This document shows, in pieces, positions 51,994 to 64,000 of a DNA stretch of 64,000 nucleotides. The notes beneath the pieces were generated by a model. The model saw nothing but the letters and a program-made list of their open reading frames with translations, had not been told where the DNA came from and made no database searches. A program made the translations under genes and the position numbers. Source of the stretch: Haplodiscus bocki. Taxonomy: Eukaryota. Positions within the stretch are counted from its first letter, which is position 1. Each line of letters opens with the position of its first letter. Location of the stretch: contig OZ296651.1 of the NCBI GenBank assembly GCA_965655095.1, positions 30,628,001 through 30,692,000 of the forward strand, read 5' to 3'.

Positions 51994-54900
51994 ATGGAAA
52001 AAATTATCAAAAAAATTGAATTATTGGAACACAGAATAGATGTGGTTATTAATAAAATAAAAAACACCACAAACCTGAAACAGCTCGATGTTTTAAACGA
52101 TTCCAAAAACGAGTTAAACACCAGACTTCAAAACAAAATATTTGAATTAAACGACGTTAACCAGAGAATTCGAGATATTGAACAATATGGTGAAACAAAT
52201 CCGTTTGATTTTAGTGGTATTAAACAAGATGACGAGATTGATTTTAAAAAATTTCTAGATATTGTAGAACACAACGTGGTTATATTCGAAAATGATTCAA
52301 TTCATGAGATTTTTGAAAATATTAAAGATGGATATCCATTCATATTAAAAGGTGGAATTAGAATAAACGATAATGACCCGAACACGATTGATGCTCTCTT
52401 TAAAGACGGCGAGCAACTTGATAAAAGAATCGGGAAGATAAATGATAAAGATGATGAAACCCTGAACATTACATTTACGGGAGAATTAATCAGATACGCT
52501 GAAACATTCATTAAAATACAACGAAGTAAATATGAAACAGGTTGCGATAGTTTTAAAAAAATTCTAGAATATCGAGGTAATCTGTGTTATATACCTGAGG
52601 AAAACGAATGTTTCAGAAAATGTTTAGAATTTATTTACAAAAAAGACTTCTCGCACCGATATCGTGAATTTATTAATGAATCGCAAAGAAACAAAAATAT
52701 AATGACATCCGCTAAAATACAACCTTTCTGTAAAAAGCACAACATCAATCTTGGTGTTTATGATTTAAAACAGAAAAGAATTCTACCACTTTCTATAAAA
52801 GAACGAAGAATTTGTCTATTTATCCATCAAAACCATTTTTTTGTGATATGGAAGAGGGAGAAAACAAATTTCACTGATGCGATCAAAGAATTAGAAAAGA
52901 AATTTGAATACCAATCTGACCATATTAATGATAACATTTTAAAACAAGTTGTTGAACATAAATTCCCTATATCTAATGAGAAAGATTGTTTGTTTGCAGT
53001 GTTTTCTTTTGATCTCGAAACTGTTAACGTGCCATATCAAGAATTTTGTGAAACATATGCGGCGGGTTGTTATCATCTAGATCGTTTAAAAGAATGTTAC
53101 AACGGTGATTTGACAGAAGAAGAATTAGAAATCGAAAGACAGCATGTTCAGATATTTGATCGCGCTAACAATAACCCTGTTCTAGGTATGATTAAATATA
53201 TCACCACAAATTATAAAGGTAAGCCAAAATATTTCAAAGATAAAAACGGTGAGCTCAAAATATCGTCTCATAGATATCAACTAATCGGTCACAATGCTAG
53301 TGGTTTTGATAATGCTATTGTTTTGAATTCGCTACCGAAAGAATATACAGACAAAGACATGAAAATCATAAAAACATCTCGAGGATTTTTAAAACTAAGC
53401 TTTAGAGTTGGAACTGTCTATGAAAACGATAAAGAAATACCGCAATACATGAAATTTGTCTGTTCAAAAGTACATATCTCGGGATCCTTAAAGAAAATAC
53501 AAAAAGAATACAATATTCAACCACAACTAATTAAAGGTGAAATCTATCATAATCTAATAAATTTATCGAATTACAAAGAACATGAAAAATTATGGAAACC
53601 ATATCTCATAGACGACGTATTAGGACTAGCAGCAGTAGTAGCAAAACACGGTAACAAAATTCAAAAAATAACAGCTGTTTCGTTTAAAAATTCGTTAACA
53701 GAATCTTCTCTAGCATGGTCTACTTTGGGGAAATACATGAAACAATCAGCAAAAACGTTCTATACACCAAAAAATAAATATGTTCGAGATTTCATTCATA
53801 GAAGTGTACACGGTGGTAGGGTTGTTGCTCTGAATCGTAAATTTGTATCAACCTCATTTAATCAAATAGTAAACATACTTAAGAAATACTTTGGTAAAGA
53901 ACATGAAATATCAAAATTATTTGAAATATACTTTCAACGATTAGATAAAGTCAAAAAACAATATACGAATAAATATGAAAACAAATTCGATGAATATAGG
54001 AAAACAAACAAACAACATTTCGAAAATTATATCAAGAAAAAATTGTCTAGCCTGCCAATTTCCAAAGAATCAAACAAAATCGATAAATCGGACCTCTTAG
54101 TTAGTAGCGATTATAATAGTTTATGTCCTTCAGCAATGGCTCATATAAAATCAACCTGGCCCGCAATACAAACAGCAAAAGCAATAAATCGGAAGATAGT
54201 GAAGAATATTGTAAATTGTTTAACACCGGCGAATGGGCTTCTTTGAATAAAACAGGATTTTTTAGAGTTGAATATCACAATCCCGAGAACTTGATTCTAC
54301 AACATATGGCTGTTAAAGAAGATGTCTACAACGAGACCGATAACAAATGTGAATGTATTAACCGATTTAGAAATGGAGACGTAACCCAACATCTAACCAG
54401 TGTTGATATTGAAGAAGTTGTAAGGATTGGCGGTGTTATTAAAGAATTTTACGAGGGTTTTATCTGTGATAATCTCGATTACAATCGGTTCAAAGAGTAT
54501 ATTTTAGATATGACGGTGAAGAGAAACGAAAATAAGAAACCGGGTAAAACTATCTTACAAGATATGTGTAAAAAAATATCAAACGGTACGTACGGTGGTT
54601 GTATTAGATGCGATATTCATGAAATTTTAAAATGTGTATCGGAAAACTGGATGAAAACAGAATACGATGATAGAGTAAAAGAATATATCCCTCTCAAAAA
54701 CGGAAATTATCTAGTAAACCTTAAAGATCATAACGGTGTAGACGACAATGGTGTGAGTAAAAAAGTAAATAGTCAACCATTTCAATTTGGATCTCTCATA
54801 TGATCGCATTCGAAAAGGTTAATGAAGGATGTTATATTGGCTCTAGATGGTTTTAAAAACAATAAAATTTACTATGGAGACCCGGATAGTGTATATATTC

Positions 54901-55577
54901 ACAAAATTGATTACAATATGCCAATAGAAAAAGGGTTGGTTGGTAAAGACCTATTTCAATCTAAAAACGATTATGGTGAGAACGCTGGAATTGTCTATGG
55001 TTTGTTTTTAGCTCCCAAAGTTAAATACTGTATTGTTATCAATGAAAATGGTATATTATATCAAAAGACAACTTTCAAAGGATTTAACCAAAACATCAAT
55101 AACATAACTTTTAAAGATTTTCTCGATCTGGAACAAGGTAAAACATTAAAAAACATATCAAAACTAAAATGGAAACGTGAACTAGCCGGTATTAAGATAC
55201 CACATCGTAAAGTTGGTTGTGAGAATTGCGATGAAAGTAAAAAATGTGTTGGTTGCGCAATAAAACCAGAAATGAATTGTTTCAATTGTGAAATAAGTAA
55301 AAGTTGTCAAGATTGTTTGAGGAAAATAACTCGTATAGCAGAATAATCGGTAGAGATCAACAAATTAAAGCGACAACCAGAAAACGAATTTGGTCACATG
55401 CTTCCGTATTATGAAACCGAAAACAACATAGTTATAGATAAACCCGTTCAAATACCAATTAAAAGATGTAGTAAATATGAAGCCGAAATAAACATTGGAA
55501 ATTATATTAAAAACTAAACCTTATGTAGAGCGTGTCATAGCGAAAATATGAGAAAAAGAAGAAATACGGATTTCTAA
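51994..55577 (+). pseudogene. protein-primed-type family B DNA polymerase, right-arm copy (~1,190 codons reconstructed)
   Basis: 750-aa, 226-aa and 174-aa ORFs plus read-through tail; Exo I-III; motifs A, B and C (here YGDPDS); FLAPKVKY; TFKG; Cys-rich C-terminus. Confidence 0.93.
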
Positions 55578-56743
55578 TCTATTCTAGGTTTAATTATGAT
55601 ATATTGTATGGTGTTAGGGTCGTGGTCAAAACCACGAATTTATCGAGTTTTTTTCGGTGTGTATAAATTGTTCATTATTGTCGAAATAAACAACTTGGAG
55701 ATTTTTACCACTGTAAACTAAATCTTCAAAATCGGAATCAGATTTATATATGTTATCAACATTCATTTATAATAGAATTATTGTTAACAATGATCCGCAT
55801 TATGTGGGTTGGTGTTGATATAAGTATTCGAACACGTTGTCTCGTGTGTTGAGTGTATATTTACAACTATTCAAATACGAATAATGTTATAATTGTTCGC
55901 ATACTTGTATGAATAAGTTTAATTTTTTCTTTTACTTTACAAATACTGATTTGTTAATTTCTCGAAAATGGTAGCAGATACAGGGCTGAATTTTTCAGCG
56001 TAAACTTAATTTTCAATGGGCTGTCCAATGATATATCACACTTTGTTATAGCTCAAGATTTTATAATCTCTACATGTTTAAGGTATGTCGACATATACTG
56101 ATTTTGTCAATTTTCTCGAAGATTATAGTAGATACAAGGTTGAAATTTCCAGGGTAATCTAGTTTTTCAACGGGCTATCCAATGGCATATCACACGTGAA
56201 GCTAGCTTAAAATTTTATAATCTCTACTTGTTTAAGGTATGTTGTCATAGTGTGTGTATTTCTCAGAAATCGTGTTTTCACATTAGGACAAAAATATCCA
56301 CTGGGCAACTTTCGTGTCGAGCTTTCCAGTTGTCTAGCGAGGGAGCGTTCCTGGTGGATATCCCCGTCGATCAATTCTACTTTTTCAAGCTTCAAGACAT
56401 AGACAGTTCCTCCATTTAGCTTTTGCGCGTGATGTTACAAAGACAGTGATACGTTGGTTAATCGTGAACCACAAACACGATGACTATGCAAGCACAGCCT
56501 TAAATTTTGTCAATGTAACAAATACCACTAGGCTATTAGGAGGCGATGAATAAAAGGAAATACTAGCATAAAAATACACGTGCAAGTTCATTTGACCGTT
56601 GCTTCTCAATTTTACGTTTACGTGAACGTGGAATTGTATGTTGTTGACGTTGAGCAGTATCTGGCGTTACCTCGTTGTTGAGAGCGTTACCGTCGCGTTA
56701 CCGTTTTACCGCACTATCCGCACACGTGTTTATTATTAAAGTC

Positions 56744-59200
56744 TGCCACTTCCAGCTTAGACTCCAGTTCTACTCAAACCTGCAAAAACCATACGAATCA
56801 AGTGAACGAATGGACTTGAGTAACAATCAGGCTCGCACTTTGAATAACATTGTGTTAGAAGATACAAAAACCTAACCAGTTTTGTTTGATACATCACTTT
56901 GTGATCAATCGAAAACCTCAAAGAATTTTGACGGATGAACAATTCTCTGTTAAAATTAAAAACTGTAGCTCCGAAAGGAAAATGGTCGGCTAATCCAGAC
57001 GTCTTATGGCTGACTTGAGGTTGCCTTCAGATGTCGCAAAGACAAAACTTCTGTGACCACTGATTTCGAAATAAAACATCGGCAGCTCATTTGGAGTCCC
57101 CAGATTTCTCTGGGTAAATGATTTCCGTCAAACAATTGAAATCCTCGTGTATAAAAGACGCACAATTTTTATTATATGTTCTCCATTTTTGGCAATAATG
57201 CATTTCAACACAGTAGGCGTGACGAAATGCCTCACCAAATTGCATTTCTAGCAACAAAAAAACAATTTCAGTAGATTCAATTTAGAGGAATTTTAGACAA
57301 CAGAAGATGAATCAATCGACCGGTTTGAAGGGACTGAAGAAAACTTTCAGACAAACGGTGGATTTTTCCCGACAAAAAGCTGAACAACAACATTACTGTA
57401 ATGATGAAACAGTTTGGGAATGCAGAGAAGACAGAAAACTGTCAGTTGTGATTAGGGTGAATCAAGTGTTTTGTCATAATTGGTTCTCCCGTGAAATGTG
57501 AAGGAGAATGGCCGGAATGTGCTTCGTGAGGCAAAATGAAAGATCCCGAGCACGATTACTCAGCGTGTTGTGTTGCCCTCCGTGGCATCTGTTTTCAATC
57601 TATTTAGCAACTTTGCTCCTTCGCCAATGCAGATGCATACAATTTCTGCTCATTTCAGCTCCAATTGCACTGTATGCGGTACGATTAAGACAACTCTTTA
57701 TCGAAAACTTTGGCAATGCAGGAAATGGAAAAGTTTACCATAGAACAGGTTTTTTAACAATGCAGCCATGGCTATGTCCAGCCCGCAAAAAGAACAGCGA
57801 ATCCAAAAATTCTTGTTTAAAGTGTTCAGATGATATTGGACAATTGGACTGTCGGTGAATCGATACAAGTGAAACAGACCCTAAACCATTTTGACAAAGG
57901 ATTGTGAAGAATGACAGCAACTCAAATGTTCGACAGTGATTGTTTAACGGGCCAGCCATATTGGCTCTGTTACCTCTCAATTATTTGGCCTCCCTTAAAC
58001 CTGAAAATCAGCCAAAATTTTTCAAGACCGTTTGTTTAAACTGAACATTGAAACCTTTAATGGATCAATAAGAAAAGAGTGAGCAGCTTTAGAGAAATAA
58101 CAAAAGTAATTGAGAATAATTCGATCAAAAAAAACGAAGGTTTTTGTAAAGTAAAAGCCAGCCGTCATATATCATTTATTGTTGGCCAGTTGCTTCCTGT
58201 AAATTTTACAGTGTTTCAACCGGTTGAGGAACCAAAGCCTCAGGAAGTTTCCAGGTCCGTGTTACGTAGAGCACACAAGACCTTGTTACCAAATTTGATT
58301 AACTTGCATCCCCTACTGAAAAAAAAACAAATAACGTTCTGACAAGAAAGTGCGACAGTCAGGAAGAAGTTTACAACCAAAGCCATTGACTTCAATATCA
58401 ACAGAGCAACAACCAGTGGTGCTTAAGATTTTCAAAAACAGGCACGTGAAAACACCTAATTCGAGGTTACTGAATTCTTAAAGAGTGCTATACGGCAACT
58501 TTTCCGATTGAGTGATCTGCAAAATGCCAGCGGAATTTGCAGAAACCGGTTAGTGAATTGTTTTATAGCTGCATTACAACCATGAATTAACAGGAAGTGG
58601 CCGAATTTTTAAAGGAAAGTGGACGGGAAACCGTATAACAGCGAAAAAGTAGAATCGGTTACTAGATCGAGTTCAGAGTCAAAGTTTTGAGCGACACAAT
58701 AAATTATTGGTTTTGTGCGTTCACATATCTGAATACTGGAGATGTTCACTTTGAACTGGTTGAACTTTCTGATGCAGATGCATGCGTCATGGCAAGAACG
58801 AGATTGGGGCTCAAAATTTACTTCCCATAAAGATTGGCGAGGATAATGGTACCAATTTTGTGAATTCCGGTGATGAATTTGAAAAGATAAGAAGTAGGGT
58901 AAAAAGAACCGTCTTTCATGGAGCTTTTCCTCATCAGAAAATGGGTTGGAAGTTCAACTTTAAGGTTCGCCTTATTTTGCTCACGATTGAGGGCGAAGTG
59001 TTCGAAATCGCGAAAAGCACTATACTGAATCTTGAGCATGAGGTCCCTCACTTCACCCGTTTTTCTGGTACAGTATGTTTTTCGGGAAAATTTTGAATGC
59101 CTGATGACCAAAGGATAGATAACCCAAATGATACCGGAGCCTTGACTTCCAATCATTTCTTACTTAGTTCGTACTTACTTTCGTACTGAAGGATTTGTGA
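56744..59200 (+). mobile_element. decayed BEL/Pao RNase H-integrase region
   Basis: IHHF/CDQS (HxFxDAS type); KTVAPK; EDNGTNFVNS; GWKFN; DNPNDTGALTSNHFLL. Confidence 0.75.
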
Positions 59201-62200
59201 GATCTGCAAAAAATAATTCAAAGGATGGAGAGTTTAGAGAACCACTGTGGGGAAAAGGTCCCTTTTCTACTAGTGTTTTCGCGACAAGAACAGAGCCGGC
59301 AACTTTGGAACCTCAATCACCACAAAAAGATAAATGATGATTTTATTAACTCTGCTCAACCGAAAAAAAGCAAAATCTGCACCTAAGGTCAATGTCTTCT
59401 TCAACTTTTGAACCTGCCTGTAAAAATATGATCCGAAGCTTGGCATTTTTCGAGGATCAATCTTTGCTTTGCTTAAACTACTGAACCTCTTTCAAAAAGA
59501 TTTTTGATGGAGGCCACAATTGCATTGAAGGATTGAATACGTTATTTTAGGGAGGTTTGCGATAAAAAAAATCAAATGTTGGAACAACAACTCTTTGGAA
59601 ACGAAAATTAAGCATTTTGTTGCACCATGCTCATCTAGAAATGATTGCGATAACTTTGTTGACCCATCAAAGAATTTTTTCTCCCTCTATTTTTCTTTAA
59701 CCTTTTGAACGTTTTGACAAGGGTGGATTAAATTTTTGATGCCAATTTTGAACTTTAATGAAGAACATCCCCCCTGAAAATCTCCAAATGTTGGACCTGA
59801 TGTTTAGTTTTTCAGCACGCTCGCATCTCGACTCGAAATCGTTTTTAGCTGGTTTTTTTAAATTCATGCTCTTCTCAGCAATTATTTTATTTGTTTGTTT
59901 TGTAATTTTCAGGCAAACAAAATAATTCAGGTGCTCCATGTGAACATTTTTTGAACTTTAGTTTCACATAGGTACCTGAATAGATTGGTACAAGGAAAAA
60001 GTCCAATATCTAGAACCAACGGTTTCAGTTAGAAAACAGCGCATAATTCCATGGCTATAATCTCCTCAAACTCGAGTTAAAACGAAGCCAACAATTGATG
60101 GAGAGAGAAATTGGAGTCACGCGAAAGTTTTGTTCAAGAAGAACTGATTACACAGAATATAAACTTATCAACACTTGGGAATATTGGAAAACCATTCCCT
60201 CGAATACAAGTACAGTACTTTTCTATCCAGTTCCGTTGTGGTTGATCACAAGCAGTGAAGATCAACGCCAGTGTTAAACTTGAACGTCTCTTTATTTCTG
60301 GAGCAGGCGTATCAATAAATGTCACAGTTTGATTGTTTCGTACTAAATTCCGCTGCTTTAAGCATCAGTTCAACAAACCAAAGAACGTAAGGATTGGTGG
60401 TTTTGTTGACTTTTCAAAACAACTGATTTGAAAAATTACCTAGCTATTTTTGATTCTGCAGCACTAATGCCGAATTGACTAATTGTTCTGAGTAATGATA
60501 TAGTTGAACATGTTTTCGAGTGGCTTTCGATTGGGAAATTTGGCCGAAAACAAAGCTTTTGGTCAATAAATTTGTCGCCCACTGCTTCATTAGTCAGGCC
60601 CAAAGAGGCTTATTTCCATGAAACGTTAACAAATTTATTAATGTGCTTGGTAAATGCTAGTTTTCTTTCGAATACGAAAGGCTAAAGGTTCCCTAGAAAA
60701 ACATAGTTTTGAAAACATGGACCTAAACGTTTATTTCAATTCGTTATGTTGCACCTTTTTTTTTCATATTAATGGTTTTTCATTAGAATCTGTATGTAGA
60801 AAAAGTAGGCTAGTCAAATTTTGTAAAAAGTTTGGGGTTGGTGTTTGATTTGTCCAAGAATGTTTTTGGTTTTGTCTTTTTGAAAATATTGTATGGGGGT
60901 TATCAGGAATTTTTATGTTTGGTGGTCTATAATTTGAGAACTTTTTTCGGTTTTGCTTCTGCGAAGTTTTTTGGTGGTACTGTTATATGTTAACTGGGAG
61001 GCTTTTTGGTACGTTCGGCAGCTGCATGGGACACCAGCATTTAAGCTATATAATTTGGTTTTGAAAAGAAATCTCGTATTTAGTGTTAGTTCCTCAGTGA
61101 AAAAAAACTAAGTACTATAATAATTGGGCTTTTTAGTAAAATTAGTGAGCGCCAACTGGAAATGAAATCCTACCCATGAGTCATAAAAACTTTTGTTAGC
61201 TGAGTTTCAACAGACTTTTGGACCGATATCAGTAACGTTTGCAAAAAGTAGCTGTAGTTTATAGTTTTTGGATGAAAATTCGTTTGATGCGTTTGATGCT
61301 GCTTCGCCTCAAATGGAAAGAGTGTTTCAGTTTTGTGTCTTGTGAGACCTCATCTGAGTTTATGTTTATAGTAATGATAACATTTTGTGCAAACACGAAA
61401 ACGAAATTCAGCTATTACTACATAATTTGGTGAAAACAACTGATGAAAAATTAGCTTAAAATGTCATTCATAGCTCCTTTGTATAGTTCAGTGTGCAAGT
61501 ATTTCTTTTGATTCATTCAATACCAAAACACAAATCCGACAGTTTTCATATAGATTTATTTTTATATTTCCATAGATCTGTAATCTTCCTAGAAAGTAAC
61601 CCCAATACTTAATCTCTGTATTTGTCATACCCTAAAAACAGTTTCAGACACCCAGTGTGCCCTAATGCAACCCTAAGTGGAATTATTTTAAACGTCGGAA
61701 ATTGTGGATTTTAAATGCTGGGTCTGACAAGAGATTAACCATGAATATCTCCCAGAATAGCGTTTCCCATCTTTACAGAAACAATAGCGTTTAGTTCCCA
61801 AAATATTATGTTACCAAGCTCGTCTGAAATTTACTATTTTTTGTTGTTTAACTGGAGTCATTTTCAATATTCCATCGATAGAGCATTAATTGTGGATAAC
61901 TTTTCAGTTTGCGTTTTCGTTAAAACTGGTCCAGAATTACAGGTAACATAATTTTCTCTCGTCTTTTGATCTATTTGAGAAAAGAGCTCGATTTCAATAT
62001 TGGGTTTGAAATTTTCCTAAGCACTTTACACAACAAGCTCTGCAAGCTGGTCTCCAAACTCTATAATTTGAAGTTCTACTGAACTAAAGGTCAATGATAA
62101 ATATGAAGGGAGCCAAATACATTGCTATAACCCCTGCACTTGCTACACTACGCATTAGGGAAAACAAAAATATTCGATAACTTCAGGGATCCCCTAACAA

Positions 62201-62899
62201 ATGTTTCCGCTCCTGAAGTCAAAATTCGATCAAAAAGTTCAAAGACATCTTCAAATATTTTGAACCTTCGTATATAACGGGTCAAATCAACAAGCATAAT
62301 TGGATAAAATTTCGGAATCTGTCCTCGTCGCACAACGAATAGAAAACAGAAAGAGCTGGAGTTGAGAACCATGGTCAAACATGGCAATCATGCTATATCA
62401 TGGCACACAAGTTGTTTTATACTCACCATGACTTGATCATGACTATTTTTTGACATGTTTGTTATAGTTATTTGGCCATGATGGCTATGCTTTGATCGTC
62501 ATGCATTAAATCATGATCATGCTAGGGTGATCATTATCATTATTATAACCTAGTCTGGATACTACCTATCCGACCAATTTTGTTGAGTTGTACCCAGGTA
62601 GTTCCGTTTTTTTAACGAGGAACCTGTTGAAGGAACACATCGGAAACTGTCCGAAAGACGTTTATTAAAATGGATCTTTTTCGCAAAAATTCGAAATTGT
62701 CAAAAACGAGGAAAATCCGTAATATATGAGTCATAACGAAGCTATTGTGCAATTGCGGCTTGTTGTTTTATGATCATAGAAGAAAACGAAAACTCTGATT
62801 TTATTGACTCGGTAGTTTGGAGTTGTCCTTCCCTCCGAAGACCATCAAGTCTTTCATATAGTTTATTACATCAAAATGCTGAGAAAAACTTGACATAAA

Positions 62900-63600
62900 A
62901 GTCTACTTTTCTAAATAATAAAAAAATATGGAGAAGATGGTGATCATTGCATGATCATGCCATGAATCGTTGCGACCGTGCCAAGAAACATGCCCATCTT
63001 TTTCCAAACCGGGAAGTCTCCAACGCCTCCTACAAATTATATCGGAATTTCTACAGAATTTTTTTCTTCATTTGCAACTTCCCCGCTTTCGAGCCCTTGT
63101 TGACTTGCTACATCTGTTTGACAGCGGAGTAAGACCGCCGTTTTGCGGACTAAGAGGCTACTTCTAATGGAAAGATTTTATTTGGTGAAAGTTGGCAATT
63201 GTGTGAAATATCGCATCCGGCTTTAACCGAATCGTATGAACTAAATTAAAGTCAGCTGGAAATTTCTTCAAAAAAAATCAATAACTGGCTTCAAAGTTCT
63301 GAGAAAATCTTGGAGATATCATGCATCTGACGCACCGCCAAGCTCAGCTCTCCTTGACGAAAGTTATTCACCTTTGTGTTGTTGAGAAGGGATCCTGTGT
63401 GCCTCTTTCGGTTATAGTGTACAAGGCGAACTCTGAATAGAATGAAAAGCGAGAGACTCCATGTTCTGCACCATAGACCATACCCTCTGATGACGGTGAA
63501 AAGTTTCTATATTCAATGCGGTGTGTTGGTTCTCACATTAAAGTACGAGATTATGATTGACCATTTTTTTTCATTTTGAATATACGTAGGGTGTTTTTAA
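62900..63600 (-). mobile_element. possible third BEL/Pao RNase H remnant
   Basis: MVYGA...NTKV...RRAELGGA resembles YGA...K.KVAP...PRLELxGA. Confidence 0.3.
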
Positions 63601-64000
63601 TGTCTCACTTGTGAACCCAATAGCATTTTGAAGCATGCACCAGTTTTGATGAAAGAAGGAAAATTGAAAATTTTACGTGAGCTAATTTGCAGAAACGATA
63701 AAACAACTGAACAGTTGGTTTTTCAGATTTGGCCAAACATGCCAATTACAAATCCTACTGAAAGGTCCTAGTCATCATTCTGAAAACTAAATCAAAACAA
63801 AGTTGTTTTATACCGGCTCATTACGAAAACTTTCTATGAAGCTATACATTTCAAGGAACTGATGGATTCAGGTATGAAAGTCAACCAATCAAAATTTAAA
63901 TATTACAAAAGTTTTTTTATAATATCAATATTGTTTGATTTTCAAATGATCGAATGACATGGGGTCTTATATTTAGATCAATAAGCTTTTTTAGATTGTG

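Larger units (their letters stand above)
39531..56737. mobile_element. 17.2-kb fully palindromic pPolB-encoding element (Polinton-related) with 6-bp TSD
   Basis: AAAGTC at 39525-39530 and 56738-56743; termini AATGATAAACACGTGTGCGG / CCGCACACGTGTTTATTATT; arms 39531-48124 and 48228-56737 are inverted copies along their whole length. Confidence 0.95.

Noticed and set aside
53900-55577. Programmed frameshift or alternative genetic code explaining PolB breaks shared by both arms
   Set aside because: The breaks are of mixed types (1-bp loss, TGA, TAA) and accompany a motif A substitution; TAA and TGA end other ORFs normally, so shared decay is simpler.
39531-56737. Assembly or read fold-back artefact
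   Set aside because: Arms differ by substitutions, indels and satellite copy numbers, and a perfect TSD with non-mirrored flanks bounds the element. Raw reads are still needed to exclude it fully.
59697-60640. Possible GTPase remnant (VTFIDTP) on the minus strand
   Set aside because: Only one short motif; no convincing Walker A or G4 motif in frame.
62370-62970. CATG/GATCATG-rich patches
   Set aside because: Low-complexity degenerate repeat with no definable unit or boundaries.

Overview
AT-rich eukaryotic (probably invertebrate) DNA made almost entirely of nested mobile elements; I found no convincing host gene. In order: a tRNA-Gln-like SINE head; a decayed CR1/L2-type LINE (3.1-7.05 kb); a 3,041-bp TG..YA insert with a GCGC target-site duplication (TSD), an intact orphan ORF and a hairpin tandem array, which splits an older ORF; a fully pseudogenised ~15-kb Maverick/Polinton (14985-29915) with ~1.8-kb terminal inverted repeats (TIRs); a foldback-type MITE; and BEL/Pao remnants. 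The main finding is a 17.2-kb element (39531-56737) bounded by a perfect 6-bp TSD (AAAGTC) that is one giant palindrome. Its two ~8.6-kb arms each carry a protein-primed-type PolB plus small zinc-finger and HTH genes, with no recognisable integrase or capsid genes. The arms meet at a structured ~100-bp centre (a hairpin exactly on the axis, flanked by two directly repeated quasi-palindromic sites) next to satellite arrays. This resembles the integrated, unfolded form of a hairpin-ended (snap-back) self-synthesising replicon. All protein assignments are by-eye motif recognition; no searches were run.
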